64,000 nt of DNA from an uncultured Dehalococcoidales bacterium (GCA_964354655.1 CAYHAL010000002.1:5680-69679), one strand, 5' to 3'; counted from the stretch's first letter, positions 27,059 to 37,039 are shown. The notes: generated by a model from the letters alone, not told the origin. Made by a program: numbers and translations.

Positions 27059-29122
27059 ATGACGCAATACGGACTGGAGAACATTCGCAACCTTGTTTTA
27101 CTATCCCACAGCGGAGCCGGTAAGACATCACTGTCAGAAGCCATCCTATTTTCTGCCGGGGCAATTACCCGTCTGGGCAAGGTTGAGGACGGGACGACTA
27201 CCTCAGATTATGACCCGGCTGAAATAAAGCGCAAGATTAGCATTAGCCTGTCTATGCTTCCCTGCCAGTGGAAGGAGACTAAGATTAACCTTATTGATAC
27301 CCCCGGTTATTCCGACTTTGTCGGTGAGGTCAAAGCCGCCATAAGGGTTTGCGAGGGAGCAATAATTGTGATATGTGCTGCCTCTGGGGTTGAAGTTGGC
27401 TCGGAACAAGTATGGGGGTACTGTGAGGAAGCTAGTCTTCCTCGCCTTATCTTTGTTAATAAGATGGACCGTGAGAATGCCGACTTCTACCGAACCTTGA
27501 AGCAGCTTCAGTCAAAGTTTGGCGCTAGATGCCTTCCCCTCCAGTTGCCTATAGGTGCCCAAGCCGATTTTCAAGGGATAGTCGACCTGCTGACAATGAA
27601 AAGCTATACCGGTTTCCCGGTAAAGGAGGGTGATATCCCTTCATCTCTAACCGACCAAGCCAATTCTTTTCGGGAGAAGCTGGTAGAAGCAGTAGCCGAA
27701 ATTGATGATAGGCTTATCGAGAAGTATCTAAATGGTGAGGAACTCACTCTGGAGGAGCTAAATAACGGCTTACGCCAGGCGGTGACAACTGGCAAGATTG
27801 CGCCGGTTCTGGCTTGTTCAGCGTTAAAGAATATAGGCATTGCTCCGCTCCTAGACACTATGTATAGTTATCTGCCATCACCCAAAAAACGTGAGGTAGT
27901 TATTGTTGGCGATTCAGCTAAGCAGGTACAGAAGATTGAGCCATCTCAGGATGCTTCGCTAGCCGCTCTGGTGTTCAAAACCAGTGCCGACCCATATGTT
28001 GGTAAGCTTACCTACTTTCGGGTTTATATGGGCACCATTGAGAGCAATTCCCAGGTGTGGAACGCTACCCAAAATGAGGCAGAGCGCATCGGTCAGTTAT
28101 TTACTTTGAGGGGTAAGACCCAAGAACCAGTATCTCGGCTTAACGCTGGAGACATCGGAACGGTAGCCAAATTGAATGTAACCAATACCGGAGACACATT
28201 GTGCCGGCGCGATAAGCCAATGACCATTGCCCCAGTTCTATTCCCCGAACCAGCCTTCAGCGAGGCAGTGCATCCCAAGACAAAAACCGACCTAGATAAG
28301 CTGGGGGTAGCCTTATCCCGACTGTCTGAGGAAGACCCTACCCTTAGGGTACATCGGGAGGCTGATACTAATGAGACTATTCTATCCGGGCTTGGTGAGA
28401 CTCATATTGAAGTAGCTACCGAGAAGATGTCACGTAAATTCGGTGTTAGTGTACAACTAGAAACCCCCAAGGTTCCTTATAAAGAGACTATCACCATACC
28501 AGCTAAGGCTGAGTATAAGCACAAGAAACAGACCGGGGGGCACGGTCAATACGGGCACGTCTTCCTGGAGCTGGAGCCTTTACCTCGTGGCAGTGGTCGT
28601 GAGTTTGTTGATAAGGTGGTGGGTGGCGCCATACCTAAGAACTATATCCCAGCCGTAGAGAAGGGGGTTAACGAAGCCGCTCAGGAAGGGGTCTTGGCTG
28701 GCTATCCCGTCGTTGACGTAAAGACGACGGTATACGATGGCACCTTTCACCCGGTTGATTCCTCGGATATATGCTTCAAGATTGCCGGGGCACAGGCGCT
28801 GAAGAAGGGGCTATCCCAAGGGCAACCTATCCTCATAGAACCGATAATGAATATTAAAGTTAGATTCCCTGAGGAGTTCACCGGCGACATTATTGGTGAC
28901 CTTAACACCAAACGAGCCCGGGTGCTGGGGATGAGTCCCGAGCCTGGGACGAACGTTATTGAAGCCAAAGTGCCCCAGGCTGAGGTCCTGCGCTATGCTA
29001 TAGACCTAAAGTCAATAACCCAGGGGAGGGGAACCTTCACCGTTGACTTCAGCCACTATGAAGAAGTCCCGCCCCAAACCACCCAAAAGATTATCGCCGA
29101 AAAACAAGCCAAGAAGGCTTAA
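27059..29122 (+). CDS. fusA: Elongation factor G family GTPase (stand-alone copy, possibly an EF-G paralog)
   Basis: 687 aa. G1 is HSGAGKTS, followed by DTPGYSDF and NKMD. Domains II-V are collinear with EF-G. It is not in an rpsL-rpsG-fusA-tuf context. Confidence 0.85.
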   Translation: MTQYGLENIRNLVLLSHSGAGKTSLSEAILFSAGAITRLGKVEDGTTTSDYDPAEIKRKISISLSMLPCQWKETKINLIDTPGYSDFVGEVKAAIRVCEGAIIVICAASGVEVGSEQVWGYCEEASLPRLIFVNKMDRENADFYRTLKQLQSKFGARCLPLQLPIGAQADFQGIVDLLTMKSYTGFPVKEGDIPSSLTDQANSFREKLVEAVAEIDDRLIEKYLNGEELTLEELNNGLRQAVTTGKIAPVLACSALKNIGIAPLLDTMYSYLPSPKKREVVIVGDSAKQVQKIEPSQDASLAALVFKTSADPYVGKLTYFRVYMGTIESNSQVWNATQNEAERIGQLFTLRGKTQEPVSRLNAGDIGTVAKLNVTNTGDTLCRRDKPMTIAPVLFPEPAFSEAVHPKTKTDLDKLGVALSRLSEEDPTLRVHREADTNETILSGLGETHIEVATEKMSRKFGVSVQLETPKVPYKETITIPAKAEYKHKKQTGGHGQYGHVFLELEPLPRGSGREFVDKVVGGAIPKNYIPAVEKGVNEAAQEGVLAGYPVVDVKTTVYDGTFHPVDSSDICFKIAGAQALKKGLSQGQPILIEPIMNIKVRFPEEFTGDIIGDLNTKRARVLGMSPEPGTNVIEAKVPQAEVLRYAIDLKSITQGRGTFTVDFSHYEEVPPQTTQKIIAEKQAKKA

Positions 29123-29997
29123 AAGACCCCCCTAACCTTAGGCTCAAGGTTAGCTCGCAGGGTAAGGGTTAGACGTACCACCCGGTCTATGCCTCTCAAA
29201 TCTGATATAACTTCTATCTTAGCCGACGGGAAGAGACTAGACAATTGGGTGGTTACTGTCCCGGTTTGCCCTTGTCCCATCTCCACAAGTAGAGAGCCGC
29301 CAGGGCAGAGCCTATCACCAACCTGCTGACATAACTGGCGTATCTTTTCCAGACCGTCTGAACCTCCGCTTAGCGCCAGCAGCGGCTCAAAACCGGCTGA
29401 ATTTATGTGCGGCAATTCTACTTCCTTAACGTAGGGCAGGTTAGCTATTATCAGGTCAACAGGCCCGGGTAGGGGGTCAAGCATATCGCCTTGGAGGAGG
29501 CAGACTCTTTCTACCACCCCATGCTTCTGGCAGTTAACTAGGGCAACTTTAAGGGCAGAAGCCGATATATCGGTGGCATAGATTCTTGCCTGTGGTAGAT
29601 TTAGTGCCAGGCTAATGGCAATAGCACCACACCCAGTGCCAATTTCGGCAATGCTAGACACTGCGCCATTTTGAGCCAGTTTAAGCGCTTTCTCCACCAG
29701 TAACTCGCTTTCTGGTCGGGGAATGAAAACGCTAGGCTCAACGTAGAAATCAAGCCCATAGAACTCACGATGCCCTATTATATAGGCTATAGGCTCGCCG
29801 CTCAGGCGGCGCTTAATTAGGTGCCAGAAATCCTCTTCTTCCTTAGCGCTTAATTCACGGTCAAGGTCTAGATATAACTGAACTCGGCTTAGTCTTAGGG
29901 CATGCCGTAGCAATAGCTCGCACTCAAGACAAGCCTCTTCAATGCTATTAGCCACCAGAATCCCGCTGGCACAATTAAGAGCCTGCTTCAGGGTCAC
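29119..29997 (-). CDS. prmC: Release-factor glutamine methyltransferase PrmC/HemK
   Basis: 292 aa, immediately downstream of prfA with a 4-nt overlap. SAM motif is [10 protein letters not shown]. The catalytic tetrapeptide reads NLPY rather than NPPY. Confidence 0.85.
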   Translation of the reverse strand: MTLKQALNCASGILVANSIEEACLECELLLRHALRLSRVQLYLDLDRELSAKEEEDFWHLIKRRLSGEPIAYIIGHREFYGLDFYVEPSVFIPRPESELLVEKALKLAQNGAVSSIAEIGTGCGAIAISLALNLPQARIYATDISASALKVALVNCQKHGVVERVCLLQGDMLDPLPGPVDLIIANLPYVKEVELPHINSAGFEPLLALSGGSDGLEKIRQLCQQVGDRLCPGGSLLVEMGQGQTGTVTTQLSSLFPSAKIEVISDLRGIDRVVRLTLTLRANLEPKVRGVF

Positions 29998-31064
29998 GCC
30001 AGTTGCTTCTCCAGCCGTTCCATCTGGTCATTAGCGGCTAGGGCATCGATAAGCTCATCAAGCTCACCGGCTAGGATTCGGGGCAGGTTGTGGAGGGTAA
30101 GACTAATACGGTGGTCGGTAACACGGTCCTGAGGGAAATTATAGGTTCGTATCTTCTCAGCCCGGTCGCCGGTGCCTACCTGGGAGCGGCGCTCTCTAGT
30201 CATTGCCTCCTCCTGTTTGCGCTGCTCCATATCTAGCAGTCGGGCCCGGAGCACTGCCATCGCTCTCATTCTGTTTCTTAGCTGTGAGCGCTCATCCTGA
30301 CAAGTGGCGACTACCCCGGTAGGCAAGTGGGTGATGCGAACAGCGGTGGCTACCTTATTTACATTCTGCCCCCCAGCCCCCCGGCTATGGAAGATGTCAA
30401 CCTTCAGGTCATCGGGATTGATAGACACCTCTACCTCATCCGCCTCAGGGAGAACAACTACCGTAGCCGTTGAGGTGTGGATTCTGCTCGAAGATTCAGT
30501 GACCGGCACCCGTTGCACCCGGTGCACCCCCCTCTCATACCTCAGCCGACTGAAAGCACCTTTGCCTTTTATTTCAAATATGATTTCTTTGAAACTACCA
30601 ATGTCGGTCTCGTTGACATTAATAATATCAACCCCCCAACCCTTAGACTGAGCATACCGACTATACATGCGGAAGAGGCCAGCAGCAAACAGCCCGGCTT
30701 CCTCACCACCAGCCCCAGCCCGAATCTCCATAATGATGTCTCGTTCATCGCTAGCATCCTTAGGCAAGAGGGCAAATTTTAGCTCCTGAAGCAGATGGTC
30801 TAGCTTTGACTCAAGGCTCTCTATCTCCTGCTTGACCAAAGCCACCATGTCGGCATCTAGCTCGCCTTTTAGCATCGCCTTGGTCTCTTCTAGCGACCTA
30901 GAGGTGGCTTTGTACTGCCTATACTTGGTTACCAAATCTTCGATGCCGGCTCTCTCCTGAGCCAGTGCCTGCAACCGCTTCAGGTCAGATGCCACCTCAG
31001 GCATAGCTATCTCTCGCTCTAGCTCTTGGTATCGCTTCTCTATCCTGTCTAGTTGGTCTAACAT
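29994..31064 (-). CDS. prfA: Peptide chain release factor 1
   Basis: 356 aa. Has the GGQ motif ([11 protein letters not shown]) and the RF1-type QRVPVTES tripeptide region. Confidence 0.95.
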   Translation of the reverse strand: MLDQLDRIEKRYQELEREIAMPEVASDLKRLQALAQERAGIEDLVTKYRQYKATSRSLEETKAMLKGELDADMVALVKQEIESLESKLDHLLQELKFALLPKDASDERDIIMEIRAGAGGEEAGLFAAGLFRMYSRYAQSKGWGVDIINVNETDIGSFKEIIFEIKGKGAFSRLRYERGVHRVQRVPVTESSSRIHTSTATVVVLPEADEVEVSINPDDLKVDIFHSRGAGGQNVNKVATAVRITHLPTGVVATCQDERSQLRNRMRAMAVLRARLLDMEQRKQEEAMTRERRSQVGTGDRAEKIRTYNFPQDRVTDHRISLTLHNLPRILAGELDELIDALAANDQMERLEKQLA

Positions 31065-31176
31065 GATTATGTTGCCTCGCTAGACTATTATATCACAGCC
31101 CCAGATAGCACTCAAAAGTTGCCACCCCAGCCCACATAGCCTATAATAGCCCAGACAACTTTATAAGGAGATAGCT

Positions 31177-32100
31177 ACGAATCTTTCAGTTCAATTAGCA
31201 CCCAAACACCAGTCGGGTTTACTACTAGCCAACCCGGTGATGACCGCCTCAGGCACTTTTGGCTACGGGACGGAATATAGCCACCTGTTTGATATTCAAA
31301 GGCTTGGAGCTATCATATCTAAAGCAACTACCCTTGAACCTAGAAACGGCAATCCGCAACCTAGGCTTGCCGAAACCGCCTGTGGCGTACTCAATTCAAT
31401 TGGACTACAGAATATTGGCGTTGACGCCGTAATTAAACAAAAAGCGCCAATCTGGGCAAGCTGGCGAGTGCCGGTTATAGTTAACATTGCCGGTGAAACT
31501 ATTGACGATTACGCCCGACTGGCTGGCAAGCTGAATGGGGTAGCTGGAATTAGTGCCATTGAAGTAAACATCAGTTGCCCTAATATCAAAGCCGGTGGCG
31601 CTGAGTTTGGCGCCGATCCCAAATCAGCCGCCGAAGTAACCGCCGCCGTCAAGGCAGCTACCTCTCTGCCAGTCCTGGTCAAACTAACCCCAAACACCAG
31701 CAATATAGCTAAGATTGCAATCGCTGTGGCTGAAGCTGGAGCTGACGCCATATCCTTAATCAACACCATAAAGGGCATGGTCATTGATATCACCCAGCGT
31801 CGACCTCTATTAGGCAATATAACTGGAGGGCTATCCGGACCGGCCATCAAACCCGTGGCGTTATATATGGTATATGAGGTGGCTGGGGCAGTGGGGGTAC
31901 CGGTTATTGGCTGCGGTGGCATCGCTACCGCCAGCGATGCCATTGAGTTTATTATGGCTGGAGCCAGTGCCATTCAGGTAGGCACGGCTAGCTTTACCAA
32001 CCCCCGCGCCCCACTAGAGGTGTTAGAGGGAATGGAGCAATTCGTGCAACAACAGGGGATAGAGGATATAACTGAGCTTATCGGTGCCGCCCGGCGCTAG
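31177..32100 (+). CDS. pyrD: Dihydroorotate dehydrogenase, class 1 catalytic subunit
   Basis: NPVMTASGTFGYG, NISCPN (catalytic Cys) and GGI motifs. The conserved N-terminal strand NLSVQLA is encoded upstream of the first GTG/ATG (31237/31240), and AAGGAG lies at 31165-31170. The start is therefore uncertain; 31177 is ACG. Confidence 0.8.
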   Translation, partial: TNLSVQLAPKHQSGLLLANPVMTASGTFGYGTEYSHLFDIQRLGAIISKATTLEPRNGNPQPRLAETACGVLNSIGLQNIGVDAVIKQKAPIWASWRVPVIVNIAGETIDDYARLAGKLNGVAGISAIEVNISCPNIKAGGAEFGADPKSAAEVTAAVKAATSLPVLVKLTPNTSNIAKIAIAVAEAGADAISLINTIKGMVIDITQRRPLLGNITGGLSGPAIKPVALYMVYEVAGAVGVPVIGCGGIATASDAIEFIMAGASAIQVGTASFTNPRAPLEVLEGMEQFVQQQGIEDITELIGAARR

Positions 32101-32173
32101 GGCTTGACTTTTAGCAATTATTTGTTAATAATAAATCGGCTAAATATGGAACTTGTTAGAAGGGAGGGGTAAC

Positions 32174-33697
32174 ATGCCAGAAGTTGCATTACAAATGACC
32201 GGGGTTAGCAAGTCCTTTAGCGGTGTCAGGGTGCTAAAAGGCGTGGACTTTGAAGTATATAAAGGCGAAGTCCACGGTCTGGTAGGCGAAAATGGTGCCG
32301 GTAAAAGCGTCCTGATGAAAACCCTGATGGGTGTCCACCGCCCTGACAGCGGCAGGTATATTGTAGGTGGTCAAGAGGTTAAATTTGCCAATCCTGCCGA
32401 AGCCCAGCGCCAACGCGTCTCCATGGTTTATCAGGAGTTTGGGCTGGTACAGTTTCTCAGCGTAGCTGAAAACATCCTTATGGGCAGGTTACCTTCACGG
32501 CGGGGCTTTATACAACGGGGTAAGGCGTATGAGGAATCTAGAAGACTGCTGAAGATGTTAGGCAGCGGCATCTCCCCTCAAACTATAATATCCGACCTTA
32601 AGGTAGCTGACCAGCAGGAAGTCGAAATTGCCAGGGCACTTTCATATGACCCGGTGGTCTTTATCATGGACGAGCCAACATCCGCCCTATCATTTGACGA
32701 AATCCGAGACTTATTTAGCCTCATCAGAAGCCTGCGCGATAAGGGCATTGCAATCGTATATATAAGCCACAAATTGGACGAGGTCTTCGAGATTACCGAC
32801 CGGGTCACAGTTATACGAGACGGAGTCATAGTGTCCACCGACAACACCGGCGAAATAACACCCGGCACCCTTATGGAAAGGATGACCGGAAAGAAAATCG
32901 CTGTCGAGATTCACCGAGAAGCCAGCAAGTATGCCAAGCCGCCAGAAAATATACTTGAACTTCATGACTTTGAGGCGAAAGGCTTGTTCTCTGACATTAA
33001 CCTGACGGTCGGGAAAAAGGAAATCGTTGGCATAGCTGGGCTTTTGGGCGCCGGCAAGACTGAGCTGGGCAAAGCCATCTTTGGTGCTTTACCCAAGACC
33101 ATCCCCGTAACCGGAAAATACCTATTTGAAGGTAAAGAGGTGGACATGAAAACCCTTACCCCTGGCAAAGCCAAGAAAATGGGTATTGGCCTTGTCACCG
33201 AGGACCGTCACTCCGAAGGTATGATATCCGAGCAATCTGTCTCCTTCAACGTAACCTTACCAGCGTTAAACAGGGTAACCAGGCGGGCTGTGGTAATAGG
33301 TAGAAGAGTATTAGAGTTGGTCCAGGGCATTATTAAGGCTGTGGTTCTCCGTCCACCTGAACCCGGCAGGTTGGTCAAGCTCCTTAGTGGTGGTAACCAG
33401 CAGAAAGTGGTAATTGGTAAGTGGCTTGCCGCTCAAGCCCGACTCTTAATGCTAGATGAACCAACTCGTGGCGTTGATGTCGGGGCACGTGAGGAAATCT
33501 ACGATGTAGTGACCCAACTGGCTAGGGGCGGAATTGGCGTGTTGCTTCTCTCGTCAGACTTGAGGGAAATTATGAAGGCCTCCGACCGAATCCTAGTCAT
33601 GCGCCACGGGCGGATTATCACCGAACTTTTACCCCATGAAACCTCCGAGGCAAAACTCCTGGCACTTGTACTGGGAGAGAAAGTAGCCAATAAGTAA
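32174..33697 (+). CDS. Duplicated-ATPase ABC transporter ATP-binding protein (sugar/nucleoside CUT2-type, RbsA/MglA-like)
   Basis: ATG at 32174 follows GGGAGGGG. There are two ABC cassettes: Walker A GENGAGKS in the first (the equivalent N-terminal segment of the second, GLLGAGKT, is degenerate) and signatures LSFDE/LSGGNQQK. No permease or binding-protein gene is adjacent. Confidence 0.8.
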   Translation: MPEVALQMTGVSKSFSGVRVLKGVDFEVYKGEVHGLVGENGAGKSVLMKTLMGVHRPDSGRYIVGGQEVKFANPAEAQRQRVSMVYQEFGLVQFLSVAENILMGRLPSRRGFIQRGKAYEESRRLLKMLGSGISPQTIISDLKVADQQEVEIARALSYDPVVFIMDEPTSALSFDEIRDLFSLIRSLRDKGIAIVYISHKLDEVFEITDRVTVIRDGVIVSTDNTGEITPGTLMERMTGKKIAVEIHREASKYAKPPENILELHDFEAKGLFSDINLTVGKKEIVGIAGLLGAGKTELGKAIFGALPKTIPVTGKYLFEGKEVDMKTLTPGKAKKMGIGLVTEDRHSEGMISEQSVSFNVTLPALNRVTRRAVVIGRRVLELVQGIIKAVVLRPPEPGRLVKLLSGGNQQKVVIGKWLAAQARLLMLDEPTRGVDVGAREEIYDVVTQLARGGIGVLLLSSDLREIMKASDRILVMRHGRIITELLPHETSEAKLLALVLGEKVANK

Positions 33698-33726
33698 CCC
33701 AATCCGATTTACCGGTATAGCATAGC

Positions 33727-34293
33727 TTATACTAATTTTTGCCCGGCGATGAAAGCCTGACGCAAGGCATCAGGATGTTTCTTTATCGCCCCTTTCTCAT
33801 CCACCCCGGGGAATACTAATTCACCAATATAAGTAATATCCAGGACCTTGAACAAGCTCTTTACTGTAGCCAGCGCTGACTCAAACCCATTGGCTGCACT
33901 TCTGCCACCAACAGAAACAAATAATCCCTTCCTCTCTCGCCTATTGCCCAGCGGTGGCAATTTAAGCCTGTATTTCCTTGCCCACAGTGCCTGGCAACGG
34001 TCAATCATTGCCTTCGCCTGAGCAGTTACCCCCATAAAATGTATCGGCGAAGCCAGAACCAACCGGTCTGCCTGCTCCAGCTCTCTATAAACTACCTGCA
34101 TATCATCCTCTACCTTACACCTACCCATCTTTAGACAAGCATCGCAGTGCTGGCAGGCAGCAATATTAAGGTCATTAAGGATGATAGTTTTGACCTCAGC
34201 CCCTCGGCTAGCGGCACCCCTCATAACCTCACTCAATAATATGTCGGTGTTACCACCCCGCCGCGGGCTACCAGCAAGACCAAGAACCTTCAA
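33727..34293 (-). CDS. Flavodoxin-like fold FMN reductase / iron-sulfur flavoprotein family protein
   Basis: 188 aa. Has GSPRRGGNT and the cysteine cluster CQHCDAC...C, as in Isf-type flavoproteins. Confidence 0.75.
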   Translation of the reverse strand: MKVLGLAGSPRRGGNTDILLSEVMRGAASRGAEVKTIILNDLNIAACQHCDACLKMGRCKVEDDMQVVYRELEQADRLVLASPIHFMGVTAQAKAMIDRCQALWARKYRLKLPPLGNRRERKGLFVSVGGRSAANGFESALATVKSLFKVLDITYIGELVFPGVDEKGAIKKHPDALRQAFIAGQKLV

Positions 34294-34305
34294 TCTAATC
34301 CTCCA

Positions 34306-35457
34306 CTAAATAATGCTGCTTAATGCCTGAAACGTCTTCCTCTCTATTTGAAAGCATCTTACAATACTTTGCTGCACATCAGATAGAAACTCAGGAGTTT
34401 TCTCCAAATCTTTTACCGCCGACATCATCAAGCTATCTAACTCTACATTAATCTGCTTCATGGCTACTAAGGCACTTGGACCCTGCTCTTCAAATAGGCG
34501 GTTCTTTTCCCACATTAGCTCTCTCATCTTTTTTAGATTGGGCCAGGAATCGGGCATTAACCCCGAGGCAATCTTACTCCAGACAGCTGCCGATTCCCTC
34601 AGCATTTCGGCTACTTCTTTTAGCGCTGGCTGGTTTATAATTAAGCTGGCTTCTTCCAGAAACTGGGCATACATAGAGCGAAAGGCACTGCCACCAGTAC
34701 CGCCTGTTTCTATATAGATAAAACCGTTCATCAACGCCCCCAATAGATTAACCCCCTTAAACTGTTCAGGCCATCTCACCACCAGCTTTGACCACTTTTC
34801 CATCCCGGCAAGTCCAATGTTTTTCATTGGCGGCTTCAGCATATTCTGGCAGCATTCCCGAATGCTCTTTCTAATGCCTTGTTCCAAGTTGGCTACTTTC
34901 GAAGGATAACTTATCTTAACCAGCCTATGTTTAGGCGGGAAGGGAGGAAATTTTGACCCTCGTGCCTTGGCTAAATCATCTATACTTACGGTTACCGGGT
35001 TTCTTCCCCGGTCATAGATATAAACCTCACCCCTTGCCTCATCCAGACCAAAGACAACAAAAACATGCCCGCCGAAGTGAGCCACCTCAGGCATAGCGAA
35101 ATAAGGCAGGTAAGCCATATCGCCATAAACAACCGCCGGCTCACCAGCACCAAGTAGTGCCTTTAATTCCTCATATCCCCTTTTGGAACTAGAAGTCTCG
35201 CTAATGGTCGCATCAGCACCAATTCGGCGGCAGATATTGGTGGAGAAATCAGTACTTTCCCCAGAACGTCCGCCGACAAACGGGCTCGGCATCTTCCTCA
35301 CATACCAGTAGATAAAACCAACTCCCCCACCTAACCCCAAAAGCATTTCCTCTGATAGACAGAGCCCATGATAATCCAGCACCCTCTTTAATGCCGTGGT
35401 CTCACAATGCTTCCCGATAAATGGCCTGAACCCTTCAACCATTAAACTCTCTGCCAT
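34306..35457 (-). CDS. BtrH_N-like (papain-fold) domain plus DUF4872-like protein
   Basis: 383 aa. The N-terminus GKHCETTALKRVLDYHGLCLSEEMLLGLGGGVGFIYW matches the pattern I recall for the butirosin BtrH N-terminal domain. Assignment is from memory of the family, not from a search. Confidence 0.5.
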   Translation of the reverse strand: MAESLMVEGFRPFIGKHCETTALKRVLDYHGLCLSEEMLLGLGGGVGFIYWYVRKMPSPFVGGRSGESTDFSTNICRRIGADATISETSSSKRGYEELKALLGAGEPAVVYGDMAYLPYFAMPEVAHFGGHVFVVFGLDEARGEVYIYDRGRNPVTVSIDDLAKARGSKFPPFPPKHRLVKISYPSKVANLEQGIRKSIRECCQNMLKPPMKNIGLAGMEKWSKLVVRWPEQFKGVNLLGALMNGFIYIETGGTGGSAFRSMYAQFLEEASLIINQPALKEVAEMLRESAAVWSKIASGLMPDSWPNLKKMRELMWEKNRLFEEQGPSALVAMKQINVELDSLMMSAVKDLEKTPEFLSDVQQSIVRCFQIERKTFQALSSII

Positions 35458-35459
35458 GA

Positions 35460-35963
35460 TTATTTCTCAAGTGTAGTTTCAATATAGCTCAGGATTTCCT
35501 CCTCCCTAGCTGCCATGAGAAGCTTTAGCTCAGGCTTTTCATCCTCATATCCCAGGACATGAAGCACACCATGAATGATAAGAATGGCTATTTCCCGTTT
35601 TATTGGATGTCCATGCTCCTCAGCCTGTATCACGGCTTGAGGAAAGGAAATGACCACCTCACCAAGGTGTAACACCCCATCAGGAGGCGCAACAAAAGGA
35701 GGAGCCCCTCCAGTAGGTAGCATAGAAAAGGCTAGCACATCTGTAGGCTCATCCCTGCCTAAGTAGCTTCGATTTAGCTGCTGCACCCTTTCCTGAGTGG
35801 CAATAACCAGACCCAGCTCCACATTAGAGCTAACACCATGAGCCATGAGAACCTGCTCGGCTACGCCCTGCAGCCAGCTCACCTCAGGGCACCCCTCAAA
35901 TTCACCGTCAATTAGAACACTTATTTCCACAATCGCTTCGTGCCACCCATCATAGCACACCAT
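35460..35963 (-). CDS. ybeY: Endoribonuclease YbeY (rRNA maturation factor)
   Basis: C-terminal HGVLHVLGYEDE zinc motif. The 223-aa ORF-track version extends over the divergent gene at 36100. The start is more likely ATG at 35963 or GTG at 35930. Confidence 0.8.
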   Translation of the reverse strand: MVCYDGWHEAIVEISVLIDGEFEGCPEVSWLQGVAEQVLMAHGVSSNVELGLVIATQERVQQLNRSYLGRDEPTDVLAFSMLPTGGAPPFVAPPDGVLHLGEVVISFPQAVIQAEEHGHPIKREIAILIIHGVLHVLGYEDEKPELKLLMAAREEEILSYIETTLEK

Positions 35964-36099
35964 AAAACAGCCCTCAACGAGGTTGTCTATAAACCTCACC
36001 CTACTAATCCCCTCCCCACGGTCATAATACGCCGCCCTTACTATGCTTAAAAGGGGAAATTTTGTATAATAAGAGGGACAAAGCAAAAAGGAGGAAAAT

Positions 36100-36318
36100 A
36101 TGGAAGAAAAAGCGAAAGAGAGACATGCCATTTTGAGTAAGCCCCTTCCCGTTATTTTGGATGAGATTGAGGAGGCGGCTGAAGATGCCAGAAAAGCCGC
36201 CGATGAAGCCAGGTTGGCTGGAGAGAAGGCGGCTCAGGATGTTATGAGGAGATTGAGGGTGTTATTTCTAAAAATGGCTAAGGATATTACCGAGGAGTTG
36301 GGCGAGACAAAGAAGTAA
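36100..36318 (+). CDS. Hypothetical coiled-coil protein (72 aa)
   Basis: Strong SD AAAGGAGGA lies 6 nt before the ATG. Charged helical sequence EEAAEDARKAADEARLAGEKAAQD. Confidence 0.5.
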   Translation: MEEKAKERHAILSKPLPVILDEIEEAAEDARKAADEARLAGEKAAQDVMRRLRVLFLKMAKDITEELGETKK

Positions 36319-36356
36319 AATATAATTTAACAATAGAATCACTCGGCAGGATTAAA

Positions 36357-36448
36357 GGAGGGATCGCATAGTGGCCTAGTGCGGGCGCCTGCTAAGCGCT
36401 TGCCCTGGGAAACCGGGGTCGTGGGTTCGAATCCCACTCCCTCCGCCA
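36357..36448 (+). tRNA. tRNA-Ser (anticodon GCU), CCA encoded
   Basis: Acceptor GGAGGGA/TCCCTCC, 3-bp D stem GCA/TGC, anticodon loop CTGCTAA, long variable arm, T arm GTGGG-TTCGAAT-CCCAC, discriminator G plus CCA. Confidence 0.9.
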
Positions 36449-36478
36449 AAGGTGAAAATTTAATCTTGAGAAAGAGAA

Positions 36479-37039
36479 ATGGCATATCAAATTTTTGTCT
36501 CTCATACAAAAGAGGACGTAGAATTTTGTGATATGTTCGATAGAGCATGTGCAAGGGTAGGACTCAAGGCTTTCCGCTCAGAGTTCGAAACTATACAGTT
36601 ACCGCAGTGGAAAACCATTAAAGAAGCTATGGACAAATCTATAGCTATGTTCCTACTTGTAGGGAAACAGCTTGTGGCCCACCAAGCGTCTCCGACTCCC
36701 GATTGGAAATACACACAGAATTGGATCGCTTATGAAACGGGCCTAGCATGTGAAAGAGGCATTGATGTGTGGGTTTATTGTGATAATGTCGATATAAATT
36801 TCCCCGTCCCATATTTCAATAATTATGCACTTTATGGAATGCGGGAAAGGGAAAACTTTGAAGTTCTAAAGGGAATACTCACGAGATATAATAGCGGAGA
36901 AACTTTCCCTGCGCCAACTTGGGGTAGAGGTACATATTGTTCTCATAAAGAGTGCGGAATCAAGTTTAATCTACATTCCGCGCTACCCGCAGGGACGACT
37001 ATAAAATGTCCTCAGTGCTTAAGAGATAATATCTATTAA
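36479..37039 (+). CDS. TIR-like domain protein with C-terminal zinc ribbon
   Basis: 186 aa. IFVSHTKED start, then ...W..I.EAMDKS......V......S.W...E (NWIAYETGLA), matching the bacterial TIR_2/DUF1863 layout. C-terminal CSHKEC...CPQC. Visibly AT-richer than its neighbours. Lies 30 nt after the tRNA-Ser. Confidence 0.5.
   Translation: MAYQIFVSHTKEDVEFCDMFDRACARVGLKAFRSEFETIQLPQWKTIKEAMDKSIAMFLLVGKQLVAHQASPTPDWKYTQNWIAYETGLACERGIDVWVYCDNVDINFPVPYFNNYALYGMRERENFEVLKGILTRYNSGETFPAPTWGRGTYCSHKECGIKFNLHSALPAGTTIKCPQCLRDNIY

Noticed and set aside
35964-36131. N-terminal 56-codon extension of ybeY. Similar 5' extensions occur in the ORF track for fmt (62774), dtd (44523), the zinc-ribbon gene (25858), rpsU (26208), the ABC ATPase (32153) and the ORF at 47322.
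   Set aside because: The extensions overlap neighbouring genes or structured spacers and lack an SD. Internal starts with good SDs reproduce the canonical family N-termini.
36339-36554. 71-aa minus-strand ORF
   Set aside because: It overlaps the tRNA-Ser gene and the start of the TIR-like gene, so it is an artefact.
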